Notes under the pieces: model-generated | The model's database searches: none | What the model saw: only the letters and a program-made list of their open reading frames with translations | What the model was told of the DNA's origin: nothing | In this document: one piece after another, positions 15,636 through 28,448 of the stretch | Layout of the letters: the number at the start of each line of letters is the position of its first letter | How positions within the stretch are numbered: the first letter of the stretch is position 1 | Made by a program: the position numbers and the translations under genes | Assembly (NCBI GenBank): GCA_051294375.1 | Contig: CM119269.1 | Coordinates: 5,042,686-5,106,685, forward strand | Length of the DNA stretch: 64,000 nt | DNA from: Paraspadella gotoi | Lineage: Eukaryota; Animalia; Chaetognatha | Direction of reading: 5' to 3'

Positions 15636-15769
15636 AATCTTATTAAGGTGAAATCTTCGATCTCTCCTCAATCTTATTAATCTTAATCTTATCTTAATCT
15701 TATCTTAATCTTATCTTAATCTTAATCTTATTAATCTTATTAAGGTGAAATCTTCGATCTCTCCTCAAT
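15636..15769 (+). repeat. 37-bp direct repeat flanking an (ATCTT/AATCTT)n filler
   Basis: AATCTTATTAAGGTGAAATCTTCGATCTCTCCTCAAT is present at 15636-15672 and 15733-15769. Confidence 0.9.
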
Positions 15770-17724
15770 TTTCTTTTCTCAACCATCAGCTCACAAACAT
15801 CGTTAAAATATTCCAACCCTCGTTTCGTTTATTTATTTTTTAATCATTAATGAAATGAATTCCTCTTCGGCGCCACGTCCCTTCGTCGGTTCCATCGTCG
15901 GTTCCATCGACGACCTTCGCTCCGATGGTCATCAGACTTTAAAAAAAAAAAAAAAATTCGCGGCCAGGAAATCGGCCTCCCGACTTTTTTATGCATAAAA
16001 CGGCGTCGTTTCCAACGTCATTAAAAAAAGGGACTCGTCGAACAAATGGGCAACCGAACGACCGAAGCGCAACCTTGGGATCCTTCCTCGAAACTCGTCT
16101 CTTTCTCTCTCGCTCTCTCCTCTCTTCTCTCTCTCTCTCTCTCTCTCTTCTTTTACTTTACTTGCTACATTTTCTTCATGGAAAGACGCGCGCAGTGGTT
16201 TTGATGTTAAATGTCACTTTCAACGAGACCTCTGCCGAATATCTACATTATCGACATTCGCATTCTTTCTCTCTCTCTCTCCTCTCTCTCTCTCATCCTC
16301 CTCTCTCTCTCTCTCCTCTCTCATCTCTCTTCTCTCTCTCTTCTCTCTCGTCTCTCTTCTCTCTCTCTCTCACGCTTTCCCTCCCGAGTTCCGCCGTTTC
16401 ATCAATTGGCGATTGGGAGACGCGGGCCGAAGGCCAAACACGAGCGAGAAGCCAAACGCGTTACGAGATTGGGACGAATAAATTGAAAAGCGCGAAGATT
16501 CAAAGCCATGGCGGTTTGAGCGTCGATCGGGAAAAGCTAATTTTGTGAATAATGATTTCTGTTAAACTTAAAATTAAAATCTAGCGGAAGAAAAAAAAAA
16601 ATCCTAACGAGCTAAAGTCTTAAAACCGCACGAAGTAAAAGGAAAATCTTTTCACGTTCATTTAAAATTTTAACTAAAGTTAAGACATAAGACATGATAG
16701 CGGCGGTGAATGGTGATTTTGAATAGCAAAAATTTGGTACTACATATTTTCTGAACTTAAGTTCACCTAATTTTCTAACTTTAAACTCTATATACTTAAT
16801 CTGATACTTAATCTGATCTCTAACCTTCATCACTAAAAATTACATAAATACCAACCCTAATTCTTAATTATATTATATTATTATATTGTTTGTAGTTGTA
16901 CCGATTTCATATTTAAAGCTGTGATTGGGCCCTTTTGATAAATATGGTCGAAGAGTGGTCTAGATTCGAGACATCACAGATTTAATAAAATATTACAAAA
17001 AATAATATATTTCATTTTCCTACGCGGCCCTCTGCCGCCGATATATTATGCGTGATCTCGTTTGGGGGCCCGTATTGATCACGCCTGTCCCATTTATGTC
17101 GAAATTTGAAAATGCTCATAATTCGGCTATCGTTGGTTGCCTATTTGTTAAGATAGAAAAAAACTCAAATATAAGTGACTGCTAGCGCCGCCTTCAGGAA
17201 ATGCTAAAACTATAAAGAATAAAAGACGGATTTCCGATGCAGTGCGATGCACTACTCAAAACTCAGTGATCACAAAGTAAAGTAAATGTGAAATCAAAGT
17301 CACTGCGGCGCAACACATTGGATAAACCGATCTTGTTCTAAAAAACTTTTGATTCGTAATTTTTGAAATTCTATTACGAATGTAACAATATAATATAATA
17401 GTTAGTCAATTGATATTCCTTAAAAAACCCATAAACTACCTCAAAAAAATAAAATTTACAAATAAACGACGAAGTCGATAATTTAGTAAAAATGAGGTTA
17501 AAAGTACTAAGATTACGACGACAACGACAACAACTACTACGACTACGACTCCGAGTGTTGAGACCGGTTTTTTTTTTTGTGCTTCCCCACGACGTATTTG
17601 CGAGGACGGGGTTAGCGAATTAACCCAACGGCACCACAGCGAAAACATGGAGCTAAGTTACCCCCGAACCCTCATAAACTCGGTTATTACGACGATAAAG
17701 TCTCGAGGTTGACTCATCAACCGA

Positions 17725-18260
17725 AAGATGGCAAAGATGACGACGACGATGAAGACAACGAATATGACAAAGAAGATGATTATGATATGGATGATGACGA
17801 ACGTGACAAGGACAAAAAAGATAATAAATAGATTGAAAATGACAAATATAATAAGGATTTTGAAGACGACGAAGATGACAAAAATAATAAATAATAAATA
17901 TGAAATAGATGATAAATATGACGAGGATGAAAAAGACGATGAAAAGGACGAAGATGACGAATATTATATAGAACATGACGACAAATTTGACACGGACGAC
18001 AAACATGGAGGCTGATGTACAGGATGATAAAAACGACGAACATCACCAAGACAACAATACGACAAAGACGACAAAAACGACAAAGCAAATAAAGCTGATT
18101 TGCGTGACCGAAACTACAAATAAAGAAGGCGAAAAGCAGACAAGAATGTTGAAGAAACGAAGGCGACAAAGACGACTGAATAACAAGAAAGAGAAAAAAG
18201 ACGACCTGAACGACAACCATGACGACGACGAAAACGACGACGAAAACGACGACGAACGCG
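17725..18260 (+). repeat. Degenerate (GAC/GAT/GAA)n trinucleotide tract
   Basis: Triplet-periodic D/E/K-like reading interrupted by a stop and a frame change. Confidence 0.75.
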
Positions 18261-18971
18261 AGGCTTTTTTTTGTTTATCTCTCATTTTTGACATCAAGAT
18301 TTCGCCATTGAAGGCCCACGTCGACGGAAAGAGATCCGTCAGGGGGCGACGGAAATCCGACTCTCTCTCTNNNNNNNNNNNNNNNNNNNNNNNNNNNNNN
18401 NNNNNNNNNNNNNNNNNNNNNNNNNNNNNNNNNNNNNNNNNNNNNNNNNNNNNNNNNNNNNNNNNNNNNNNNNNNNNNNNNNNNNNNNNNNNNNNNNNNN
18501 NNNNNNNNNNNNNNNNNNNNNNNNNNNNNNNNNNNNNNNNNNNNNNNNNNNNNNNNNNNNNNNNNNNNNNNNNNNNNNNNNNNNNNNNNNNNNNNNNNNN
18601 NGATCACTAAAATAAAAATGAAATCAACGTACTTTAAAATGATAGGGAAGGCGGGCGCTCTGGGAGTAAATACATGAGACTGTGAGAAAGTCTTGATTAA
18701 AAACTCATTATCATGTAAGTGATACTTTAAACCACGATAGCTGTCCAAAGTCAGGGGTAAGGTAACTTATTTATAGAATGAATGGCAAATTCTCATATTG
18801 GTTATATATATTTTTATTTCATAAAAAATATCTTAATTTTAATCAAGTTGTGAATCGTAATGAAAACAAGGAAAACGGCAACAAAAAACTTCATGAAAGT
18901 TCAAAATTGGAATCAAAATTTTGCAAATAACATTTCAAACATTACGCGAGTAATGAATTCCTAATCTACTT

Positions 18972-19023
18972 TGAAATTGGTGTAACCAATATAAAAAATT
19001 ATCCATTCATTTAATAAATAAGC
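18972..19023 (-). repeat. Dispersed short repeat family, conserved terminal motif (copy)
   Basis: TGAAATTGGTGTAACCAATATAAAAAATTATCCATTCAT matches 56893-56932, 59921-59954 and rc 43440-43492. Confidence 0.8.
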
Positions 19024-19949
19024 NNNNNNNNNNNNNNNNNNNNNNNNNNNNNNNNNNNNNNNNNNNNNNNNNNNNNNNNNNNNNNNNNNNNNNNNNNNNN
19101 NNNNNNNNNNNNNNNNNNNNNNNNNNNNNNNNNNNNNNNNNNNNNNNNNNNNNNNNNNNNNNNNNNNNNNNNNNNNNNNNNNNNNNNNNNNNNNNNNNNN
19201 NNNNNNNNNNNNNNNNNNNNNNNNNNNNNNCGGGTGAGTCTTTTTAAAGGAACGCCGGTGAAGAGGGTTGACAAGAATTGCCAAGGGCAAGGAAAAGGTC
19301 GTCGCGGGGGAAATTTGGGTTTTCGAATCGAATGAGCGCGATTGTTGTCCGAGCGATGTTAGCGAGGGCGGCCGTCAAGGGGCGAGAGTGAGCAAAACGG
19401 TTTCAACCAAATCCGAATTAGATTCGTTGAATGAGGTAACCATTTGACCTCAACCCTGACGTTGGTCGATTCCTACCTGCCCCTACTTTCTCGTTTCTAT
19501 CTTCTTTCTCCAATACCGGTTTTCGTTTTACCTTCTCTCTCTAATCTTTTTATTTTCTCCTTCATATTCTACCTCCTATTATCTTTCGCCTTATTCATCT
19601 TCTCCATTCGATCTTTTTCTTATCCCTTTTTCTTCTTCTTATTTCTTCTTCTCCTTCTTTCTCTTTTACTAATTTACTTGTTTATTTTCTCTTTTTCACT
19701 ATTTTTTTTTCTTTCATCTTTTTCTTTTCTATTAAAAAAAAACGAATCTCTTATTCTGTTTTTTTCGCTTTTCTGTTTTTTTGGTAATAATAATAAAAAA
19801 TGAATAAATACTTATAAAACAAAAGGAAAACAGAGAAAAGGGAATTAAAATGTTATGTCGTCGGAAAAAAAAACAAATTCGATGGAAATAAAGTCAAACA
19901 AAAAACCAAATAAAGTCTGGAAAGAAAATTGAAAAAGAGGATTAGAGAA

Positions 19950-20037
<88 letters not shown>

Positions 20038-21611
20038 AAATGGGAGAATGGGGGAGAGAGAGAAAGAGCGAGAGGCAGAGAGACGGAGAGGGAAAGGGAG
20101 TCTCGGTGCTGATGGCTTCAATGTTCACGTCGCTGTCCCTCTTATTTGGAAATTAAAAATCTTTAAATGACAATCGTGAAGTAACGATCTTAAAGTGGCG
20201 ATCATAAAGAGAGATAAAGTTCTCAGAAATCAGGTACATTTTAAACTCCAATACACTATTTACTTTCAAAGTTGGACTGTTAGTAATTTTAATAAGAAAA
20301 AAATCAAAATCAAAACTTCATTACAATTTTTATTTTATTTTTTATGCTTTAAAATATTCGGTTAAATTTCTCAAGAAGTAGAATAATCACTTTGAACTAA
20401 GACCTTGTTATAAATTTTTCAGTTCCCAATAAAACCAATAAATTTTTTTTAATGCTTCGTTTTTTTTCTCGATAAGAAATTGCAGTAAATGAATTACAAG
20501 CCAAAATAAAATTATTTCATATTGTTCATCGTGTTTTCCCTTTAAAAGCTATTAAAAATACAAATTTCGATCGGTCGGTCGGTATGTCTCTCCGTCTGTC
20601 CCACTTACGTTAAAAATGCATATAAATGTTAAAACAGGAAAAAAAATATATATATAGAGAGATAGATAGATAGAGAGAGATAGAGTGAGAGAGAGAGAGA
20701 GAGTCCTCCTTCCAAGGACCGAGAATTAAAAATCTACTCCGGCAAAAACCATCTTGTCCGACGGGATTATTCGACCATTAATTAAAATTATATTTTAAAC
20801 TCCTCACAGGCATAGTTAAAATTACCCGGATAATTTTCATATTTGTTGTACCTATTTCATTTCATCAATTTATTGATTTCATAAAGGAGTAACAGTGCGA
20901 CAGACAAGAAGGGAGAATGAGGGAAAGCGTTTGTTAAACTTTCATTTCATGCATGATATTTAGCCAACTATTTCAGAAATAGTTAACTTTGAAAACAGTT
21001 ATTTCGTCTCGCAAGTTAAAAAGGCGGCGGACGGGTCGGAAGATCGAACAAATAGCAGAAAAAGTTGTAGATTAATAAGACGAAGATGACGAAGGCGAGG
21101 GGAAAAACTAACGGAGGGAATAAGAGACAAGTCATTCCCAAAACGAGAGAGACGGCCAATGGGAAGACGAAAGACATGGAGCCGATAAAGATGACCCATG
21201 CTACAATTATCGCGAAGATGCCTGCGAGAGGTATTTCGTCAAGTTAAAGCGAGAGAAGAGTATTCTCTCTCATTGCTTCTCTCTCGTCTCATCTCTCATC
21301 TCTGTCTGTTTATCGAACCTCACTGGCGCAGCGCCTTGCGGTCAGACCAGCAAGCTTTCAAGGTAAGGAGCTGCTGCTGAACGCGAAAGCGACATGCATC
21401 GCTCATTGCATTAGGCATGTCTTGTAGAAAGGGCAACGTGTTCAATCACCCTGGGAGGTGGCGGGGTGGGGAGAAGGGAGGTGGTTTCGGACAGCGGTAA
21501 AGGGTCGTTGAACAGTTTGTGATAGTAGCTNNNNNNNNNNNNNNNNNNNNNNNNNNNNNNNNNNNNNNNNNNNNNNNNNNNNNNNNNNNNNNNNNNNNNN
21601 NNNNNNNNNNN

Positions 21612-21646
<35 letters not shown>

Positions 21647-21879
21647 GTGACTAGTGACCAGAAATAATTCAAAACCTTAAATAAATTATTCATTATAGTG
21701 TAATCCTTTCTTTCGTTGTGTTAATTGAATTTGGAAGAGACGTTTGGAATGTTTTNNNNNNNNNNNNNNNNNNNNNNNNNNNNNNNNNNNNNNNNNNNNN
21801 NNNNNNNNNNNNNNNNNNNNNNNNNNNNNNNNNNNNNNNNNNNNNNNNNNNNNNNNNNNNNNNNNNNNNNNNNNNNNNN

Positions 21880-21910
<31 letters not shown>

Positions 21911-21931
21911 TTTTCTCTTTTCCGTTTTATC

Positions 21932-21965
<34 letters not shown>

Positions 21966-22313
21966 CCACTCCTTAATTCCTTTTTTCTTCGTTTCTCTCT
22001 TTTTCTCCATTTCTCTCACTCCACAAATTTTCAGCATGACAATACTCTCGCTAAACCACCGCGAAAAAATGCAAATAAGCGGTCACGCAGCGTCAGCAGA
22101 GCCGGCGCAGCAGAAAAGTTGTCGTCGTTATCGTCTTCGTCATCGTCGTCGCCGTTATCAAAGACTCTTGAAGCCTGGCGGCGTTAATGAAAGAGAATGG
22201 ATGGAAGAAAAAGAGGAAATTTGTAAGCGATTGATGGAGATGGCTTTGTGGGCGAATAACTAACTTTTGGCTTTCCTACGTATTTTTTTTTTTTTTTTTT
22301 ACGTCTGAGCATT

Positions 22314-22945
22314 AAAATCAGCGCCGACCCCGCGACGCCGAGTCCGTCCGGTCGCTGACCCAAGAGGGCGAAGCCGAGAAAGTAAGAGACTGGAATTTCG
22401 AGAGTCGCGAAGACGGCGACGACGTCAGCGCCGACTCGTTGAACGGCGCCGATGAGGCAAGACCGCGCCAAAACGTCGAAGATGCCGACGAGAACAAACC
22501 CGGCGCCTTCGAGCGGCGTCAGAGACGACAGGAAAGCAAGGTGACGCGCCGGGGCAGCCAGCGTCGCCGCCGATGACGCCGCCAGCTGCGCGACCGAGTT
22601 GTTGAGGTAAAAGACGCTCCAATGGACTTCGCGGCGTTGAAGATGTTCGGTGAGGACGAAGAGGAGCGCGTAAGGGATGGAACAGATGACGGCGAGGAGT
22701 TGATGGAACTTCCGGTCGGGGAATTCCTTCTCGAGGCGTCCGGCGTCGAGGCGATGAAAGATGAAGCTCGGTTTTTGGACGAGGACTACGCCGACGAGGG
22801 CAATGACGACGGCGCCGCTTTGGACGACGCCCGGCGCCTCTCGTAACAGAGCCGCTTGGACCACGACGGCCCAGACGACGCTGAGGTTCCAAAGTGTGAC
22901 GGCGTCGCCCAGGGGGCTCCCGATCAAAATCACGGCCGCCATAAC
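22314..22945 (-). CDS. SLC35G/EamA-like transporter, second coding exon (cut by an assembly block boundary)
   Basis: Multiple transmembrane segments with family-like motifs PLGDAV, LLRE, GVVLVQKPSFIF, LEIPVSYFLG and G..PDGLGVAGSALI. Sequence past 22314 (MLRRKKKK...) is unrelated. Confidence 0.85.
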
Positions 22946-23011
22946 CTGGGGGAATATATTATATAGGTATTCAAAATAAATATAAAAATAAAATGTGATG
23001 CTCCGACTCAC
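22946..23011 (-). other. 66-nt GT-AG intron (multiple of 3, no in-frame stop)
   Basis: GTGAGT...AT-rich...TTCCCCCAG inside GC-rich coding sequence. The ORF track reads through it as VSRSITFYFYIYFEYLYNIFPQ. Confidence 0.85.
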
Positions 23012-23269
23012 CTTTAAGCAGACTTCCGTCGCGGCCAACGTCAACAATTGAAAGCGCCATCTGGCCGGCAAGTGGGCGGGGCCAAGAGGCGACTCCCTGT
23101 ACCGAAGCGAGAAGGGAATGGAGACAGTGAGATTGCAGATTGCTAGGCTCCACAAGAGGGTGGCGAGATCGAGGCGGTGACCCAGGAATGAGAGGAGTAG
23201 ATACATGTAGCTCCAACTTGCCGACATGAGGAAGAGAAGAGGAAAGGTTAGCGCCACTTCGGAAAACAT
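23012..23269 (-). CDS. SLC35G/EamA-like drug-metabolite transporter, first coding exon
   Basis: The ATG lies in a CCGCCATG context shortly after a pyrimidine-rich ...TCTTAG acceptor-like site. The exon encodes hydrophobic MFSEVALTFPLLFLMS...EVCLK and ends at an AAG|GTGAGT donor. Confidence 0.75.
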
Positions 23270-24589
23270 GGCGGACCACGATGTAAAAATTTTTGTCTAA
23301 GATTGAAGAAAAGAGATGAGATTCTTCGGCGTCGTCATTCGCCGAAATCGGTTTCATCCGGTCCAAAGATCTCTTTCCGTGACGGTGATACTCGATGAGA
23401 TGTTGGAGAGTCACGTCGCTATAAATGGCGACCAAAGCAGGTCGCACGTCCTGCTCATTGATCTGTTTAAAACTTAAGTCGGATTGAAACTTTTTTTTTT
23501 AGAAAATGTACAAAATGATAACACGTATGAACCTTAGATCGATTTAATTAACAGAAAAAAACCAATTCGAGAAACTACTTGGAACCATCAGGGGAGACCT
23601 TCGTCCATGTCCTAGAGCGGGTTTTAAATTTTTTTCAAAGCACGTTTTTGAGATAATTTTTTTCCTCCCTTTAATCGGAGATTTAAAAACGGAGTTAATT
23701 ACAAAATTGGAAGGTTAAGAGCATTATGGATTTTATCCCTTCAAAGATAATACGTGAGAGAGAGGGATCGCCCGGGATCGGCGGACCGAATAAGCGACTC
23801 ATTTAAGACATTTCGTCTGAAGCTATAACTTGAAACCGGATTGTCCATTCGACTAAGACACCGACCTTGACGAGATATTTTTTGGTGACCTTAATACGTG
23901 TGACTTAAAATTTAACGACAGAAATCAAAACATAAAAAAAAGAAAGAAAAACGAATCAAAGATTCAAAGAAATTCCTGAGAAGGCCTTAAAATGTTTTGA
24001 AAATGTAACATTGAGCGTTTGAAATCATTTAGATACATTAAGATACATTTAGAATCATTTATGGTATCTCTTCCGTTTTTTTAAGCTTCGCCACGACAGT
24101 AATAACAAAATTGTAAATCCTGTATGTAAACTAACGATCCTACTCTGATTTTGAAAACTGATTGGTTGTATAAATTGTACAATGTATAAATTGTATATTG
24201 TATTAAAATTATAAAAGTACTCTGTTATGAGTTTAGATTTTAAAATATTTAACACTTAAAAGGGGTTAAATTTCTAGATGTATGCGAAATTTCTTTGGCT
24301 TTAAGGACAATTGAGAAAAAAATTTGCGCGTAACAGCATGATCCGGTTTTTGTTTTTTTTCAACCGCTGCTTCAAATTTATTAGGTAACCAATATTGAAT
24401 AGAGATTACAGATTTCATAGATAGGGAGCAATGATCCCACTGACATGTCAGCAGGTTAAGCGACACGATACGTTAAACTTAATTTTAAAAAAATGTTTGA
24501 AAAAAATTTGTTTCTGGAATACCAACGTACCCTCGTCTTCCTCTTCCTCCCCCCTCTTCCTCACCGCCCCCTCTTCCTCCCCCTCTTCC

Positions 24590-24629
24590 TCACCGCCCCT
24601 TCACAGTCAGCGCCATCAGCGCCGGCGAG
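24590..24629 (-). CDS. Displaced true C-terminus of the transporter (...ALMALTVKGR*)
   Basis: In the second copy this piece directly follows GSALI (29401-29449). It completes the last transmembrane helix and supplies the TGA stop. Confidence 0.7.
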
Positions 24630-25185
24630 AGAGAGAGAGAGAGAGAGAGAGAGACGCCGACGGAGTCTTCGCTAATGAGGAGGTCAAGTCTCAAAAACCC
24701 GGATGAGGGAGAAAGAAGCACAAATTGAGGTAATTTCATTCCAAATTGTAAAGCGTAAAGCGAAGAGTACGTGCAAAACCGAAAAGCGATGTAGGCAAAA
24801 GTAAAAGCGTGAAAAATATTCATGACAAATTATACAATACATAAATTAATTCCTGCACATAAGGCCATCATTTTAAAACATTAGACGCCGCTTTTGTGGA
24901 GCCTAAAATAAATATTGCGAAAATATTAATTTATACCAAGTTACAAAAAGGTAATTAAGAATTTTGTTTAAAGTATATTGTATATTGTATATCTTAAAAT
25001 TAAAAACTTTTTTTTTCATCATCCAGTTCTTTTTATCAAACCCTCGTCCTCCTTCTCAACCTGTTTCGTCGTTTTTCGTCGTTTTCGTCGTATCTTCGTC
25101 GTCGTCGGCATCTTCCCGCCGACGCGAGACCAGTGAATGAAGAGAGGAATTTTTTTTTAAGTGATGAGGGTTGGAATACAAAAGA

Positions 25186-25221
<36 letters not shown>

Positions 25222-26277
25222 TGAGAGAGAGGAGAGACAAAGCTTCCAACGCCATCTGGGTGAAAGTGGGATCAATTAAATCCCAGCCTTGGTTCGGTGC
25301 CAATCGTAATCATAGTCGGCGGAGGACGCCGCGTCGTCGTCTGTCCCAACCTCCTCCTCCTCCTCTTCTTCTTCTTCCTCTTCTTCCCCCTCCTCCTCCT
25401 CCGCCATTTTTTCTCCCAGTTCGACCTTCCTTCGGTTCTAAATCGCGTGGGTCATTCGATTCCATTTAATTCTGATTAAACTCCAGTTTTAATCACGAGG
25501 TTTCAATTAAAACTCGGCGAGCTTCTCAAGGTGACATCCGGTCCGCCGAGCGACGACGACGACGACGACGAGGTTGACGATGACGACGACGATGACGAAG
25601 AAAAAGGGCAGCAGATCAACGGCGACCAAAACGACGATCCAATTTAAAAATTGGTTCAATGGAAGATTGCAGAATGTACAGATGAACGTTTATGGTTTTA
25701 ATTACAATGACAATTGCGTCAACGACGCTGTAGAGGAAGGTGACGACAGCGACGACGACGAGAACGACGACAACGACGACGACGAGAACGACGACAACGA
25801 CGACGACGACAGCGCCTGCATCGAGACTAAATGAGGAAAACAATTTTCTCTCTCTTTTACTCTCTCTTTTTTCTCTCTCTTTTACTCTCTCGCTCTCTGT
25901 CTTTCTTTCTCTCTCTCGCTCTCTTTCTTTCTTTCTCTCTCTGAATTTCAGTCGACGACAAAACATGAATGCGGCTTCACGAAGGTCGTCGACGTCGTCG
26001 TCGTCGTCGTTGTTGTCGTTGTCTTTCGTCGTCGTCGTCGTCGTACGTACTTTTCGTCTATTTTCTTTTCTTGCCTTTGCCATTTGTCATTGCGGCCGTC
26101 GTCATTGTCATTGTTTTAGGCATCTTTGTCGTATTCAATGTCTTTTTGTAGTAGTCATTTTTCATCATTTTCTTTTTCGTGTCTGATATCAGTCTCTGTC
26201 GTAGTCTTCGTCGTCGTCTACATATATCGTCTCCCTCGTTGCTTTCGTCGTCGTCGTCGTCATCTTCTTATTCGTCG

Positions 26278-26649
26278 AATGTGATGCTCGACTCACCTTT
26301 AGCAGACTTCCGTCGCGGCCAACGTCCAACAATTTTGAAAGCGCCATCTGGCGGCAAGTGCGGGCCAAGAGGCGACTCCCTGTACGAAGCCGATGAATGG
26401 AATGGAGACAGTGAGATGGCAGTGGCTAGGCTCCACAAGAGGGTGCAGAGATCGAGCGGTGACTCAGGAAGGAGAGGAGATATACATGTAGCTCCACTTG
26501 CGACATGAGGAAAGAAGAGAAGGTTTAGCGCCACTTCGGAAAACATGGCCGGTCCACGATGTAAGAATTTTTGTCTAAGATTGAAGAAAAGAGATGAGAT
26601 TCTTCGCGTCGTCATTCGCGAAAGGTTCATCGCGTCCAAAAAAAAAAAA

Positions 26650-26736
<87 letters not shown>

Positions 26737-27479
26737 GATCTTCTTCCGTGACGGTGATACTCGATGAGATGTGGAGAGTCACGTCGCTATAAATGGCGAC
26801 CAAAGCAGGTCGCACGTCCTGCTCATTGATCTGTTAAAACTTAAGTCGGAAACTGAAACTTTTTTTTTTAGAAAATGTACAAAATGATAACCGTATGAAC
26901 CTTAGATCGATTAATTAACAGAAAAAAAACCAATTCGAGAACTTACTTGGAACCATCAGGGGAGACCTTCGTCCGATGTCCTAAGAGCGGGTTTTTAAAT
27001 TTTTTTCAAATGCACGTTTTTGAGATAATTTTTTGTCCTACTTAATCGGAGATTTAAAAACGGAGTTAATTACAAAATTGGAAGGTTAAACATTATGGAT
27101 TTTATCCCTCCAAAGATAATACGTGAGAGAGGATCGCCCGGATCGGCGGACCGAATAAGGACATCTTTTAAGACATTTCGTCTGAAGCTATAACTAAAAC
27201 CGGATTGTCCATTCGACTAATGACACCGACCTGACGAATATTTTTGTGACCTAATACGTGTGACTAAATTAGCAAAATTAAACTTAAAAAAAAGACAAGC
27301 AAGATCAAGAAATTCCTGAGAAGGCCTTAAATACCATAAACCGTTTGAAAATGTAACATTGAGCGGTTTGATCATTTAGATACATTAAGATACATTTTAG
27401 AATCATTTATGGTATCTCTTCGTTTTTTAAGCTTCGCCACGACAGTAATAACAATTGTAAATCCTGTATGTAAACTAAC
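26278..27479 (-). repeat. Noisy partial copy of 22992-24131 (5' part of the transporter gene and upstream); left arm of a foldback
   Basis: Direct copy with frequent indels and a spurious poly-A run at 26638-26733. Confidence 0.9.
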
Positions 27480-27552
27480 ATTCCTCCCTCCTTTTTCCCT
27501 CCTTCCCTTTTTTTTTTTTTTTTCCGGTGGTTGTTGGGTTGAGAGGAGGAAT
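27480..27552 (+). other. Noisy PacBio SMRTbell hairpin adapter (sequencing artefact)
   Basis: ATTCCTCCCTCCTTTTTCCCTCCTTCC...TCCGGTGGTTGTTGGGTTGAGAGGAGGAAT resembles the adapter ATCTCTCTCTTTTCCTCCTCCTCCGTTGTTGTTGTTGAGAGAGAT. It lies exactly at the palindrome centre and is absent from the cleaner copy near 24131. Confidence 0.88.
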
Positions 27553-28448
27553 GTTAGCTACATACAGGATTTACCAATTTTGTTATACTGTCGTGAGCTC
27601 GAGGCTTAAAAAACGAAAGAGAAGAGAACATCAAATGATTTCCAAATTATCTTAATGTATCAAATGATTTCAAACGCTCAATGTTACATTTTAAAACGGT
27701 TTTTTTATGGCTATTAAGGCCTTCTCAAGGAATTTCTTTGAATCTTGATTCGTTTTTCTTTCTTTTTTTATGTTTTGATTTCCTGTCGTTAAATTTTAAG
27801 TCACACGTATTAAGGTTCACCAAAAAATATCTCGTCAGTCGGTTCTTAGTCGAATGGAACAAATCCGGTTTCAATATATAGCTTCAGAACGAAATGTCTT
27901 AAACGAGTCGCTTATTCGGTCGCCGACCCGGGCGCGATCCCTCTCTCTCACGTATTATCTTTGAAAGGATAACAATCCATAATCTCTTAACTCCCAATTT
28001 TGTAATTAACTCCGTTTTTAAATCTCCGATTAAAAGGGAGGACAAAAAATATCTCAAAAACGTGCTTTTGAAAAAAAATTTAAACCCGCTCTATGGACAT
28101 GGACGCAACGGTCTCCCCTGATGGTTCCAAGTAGTTTCTCGAATTGGTTTTTTTCTGTTAATTAAATCGATCTAAGGTTCATACGTGTTATCATTTTGTA
28201 CATTTTCTAAAAAAAAAAAAAGTTTCAAGTTAATCCGACTTAAGTTTTAAAACAGATCAATGAGCAGGACGTGCGACCTGCTTTGGTCGCCATTTATTAG
28301 CGACGTGACTCTCCAACATCTCATCGAGTGATCACCGTCACGGAAAAGAATCTTGGACCGATGAAACCGATTTCGGCGAATGACGACGCCGAAGAATCTC
28401 ATCTCTTTTCTTCAATCTTAGACAAAAATTCTTACATCGTGGTCCGCC

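Noticed and set aside
17725-18260. Acidic Asp-rich protein exon
   Set aside because: It has an in-frame stop and a frame change, and similar GAC/GAT tracts are common in this window on both strands.
22184-22313. C-terminus MLRRKKKKKKYVGK... of the 361-aa ORF
   Set aside because: Read-through across a block boundary. The real end is at 24590-24629.
26638-26733. Poly-A insertion resembling a retrocopy tail
   Set aside because: It is absent from the other two copies, including the opposite pass of the same molecule, and has no TSD.
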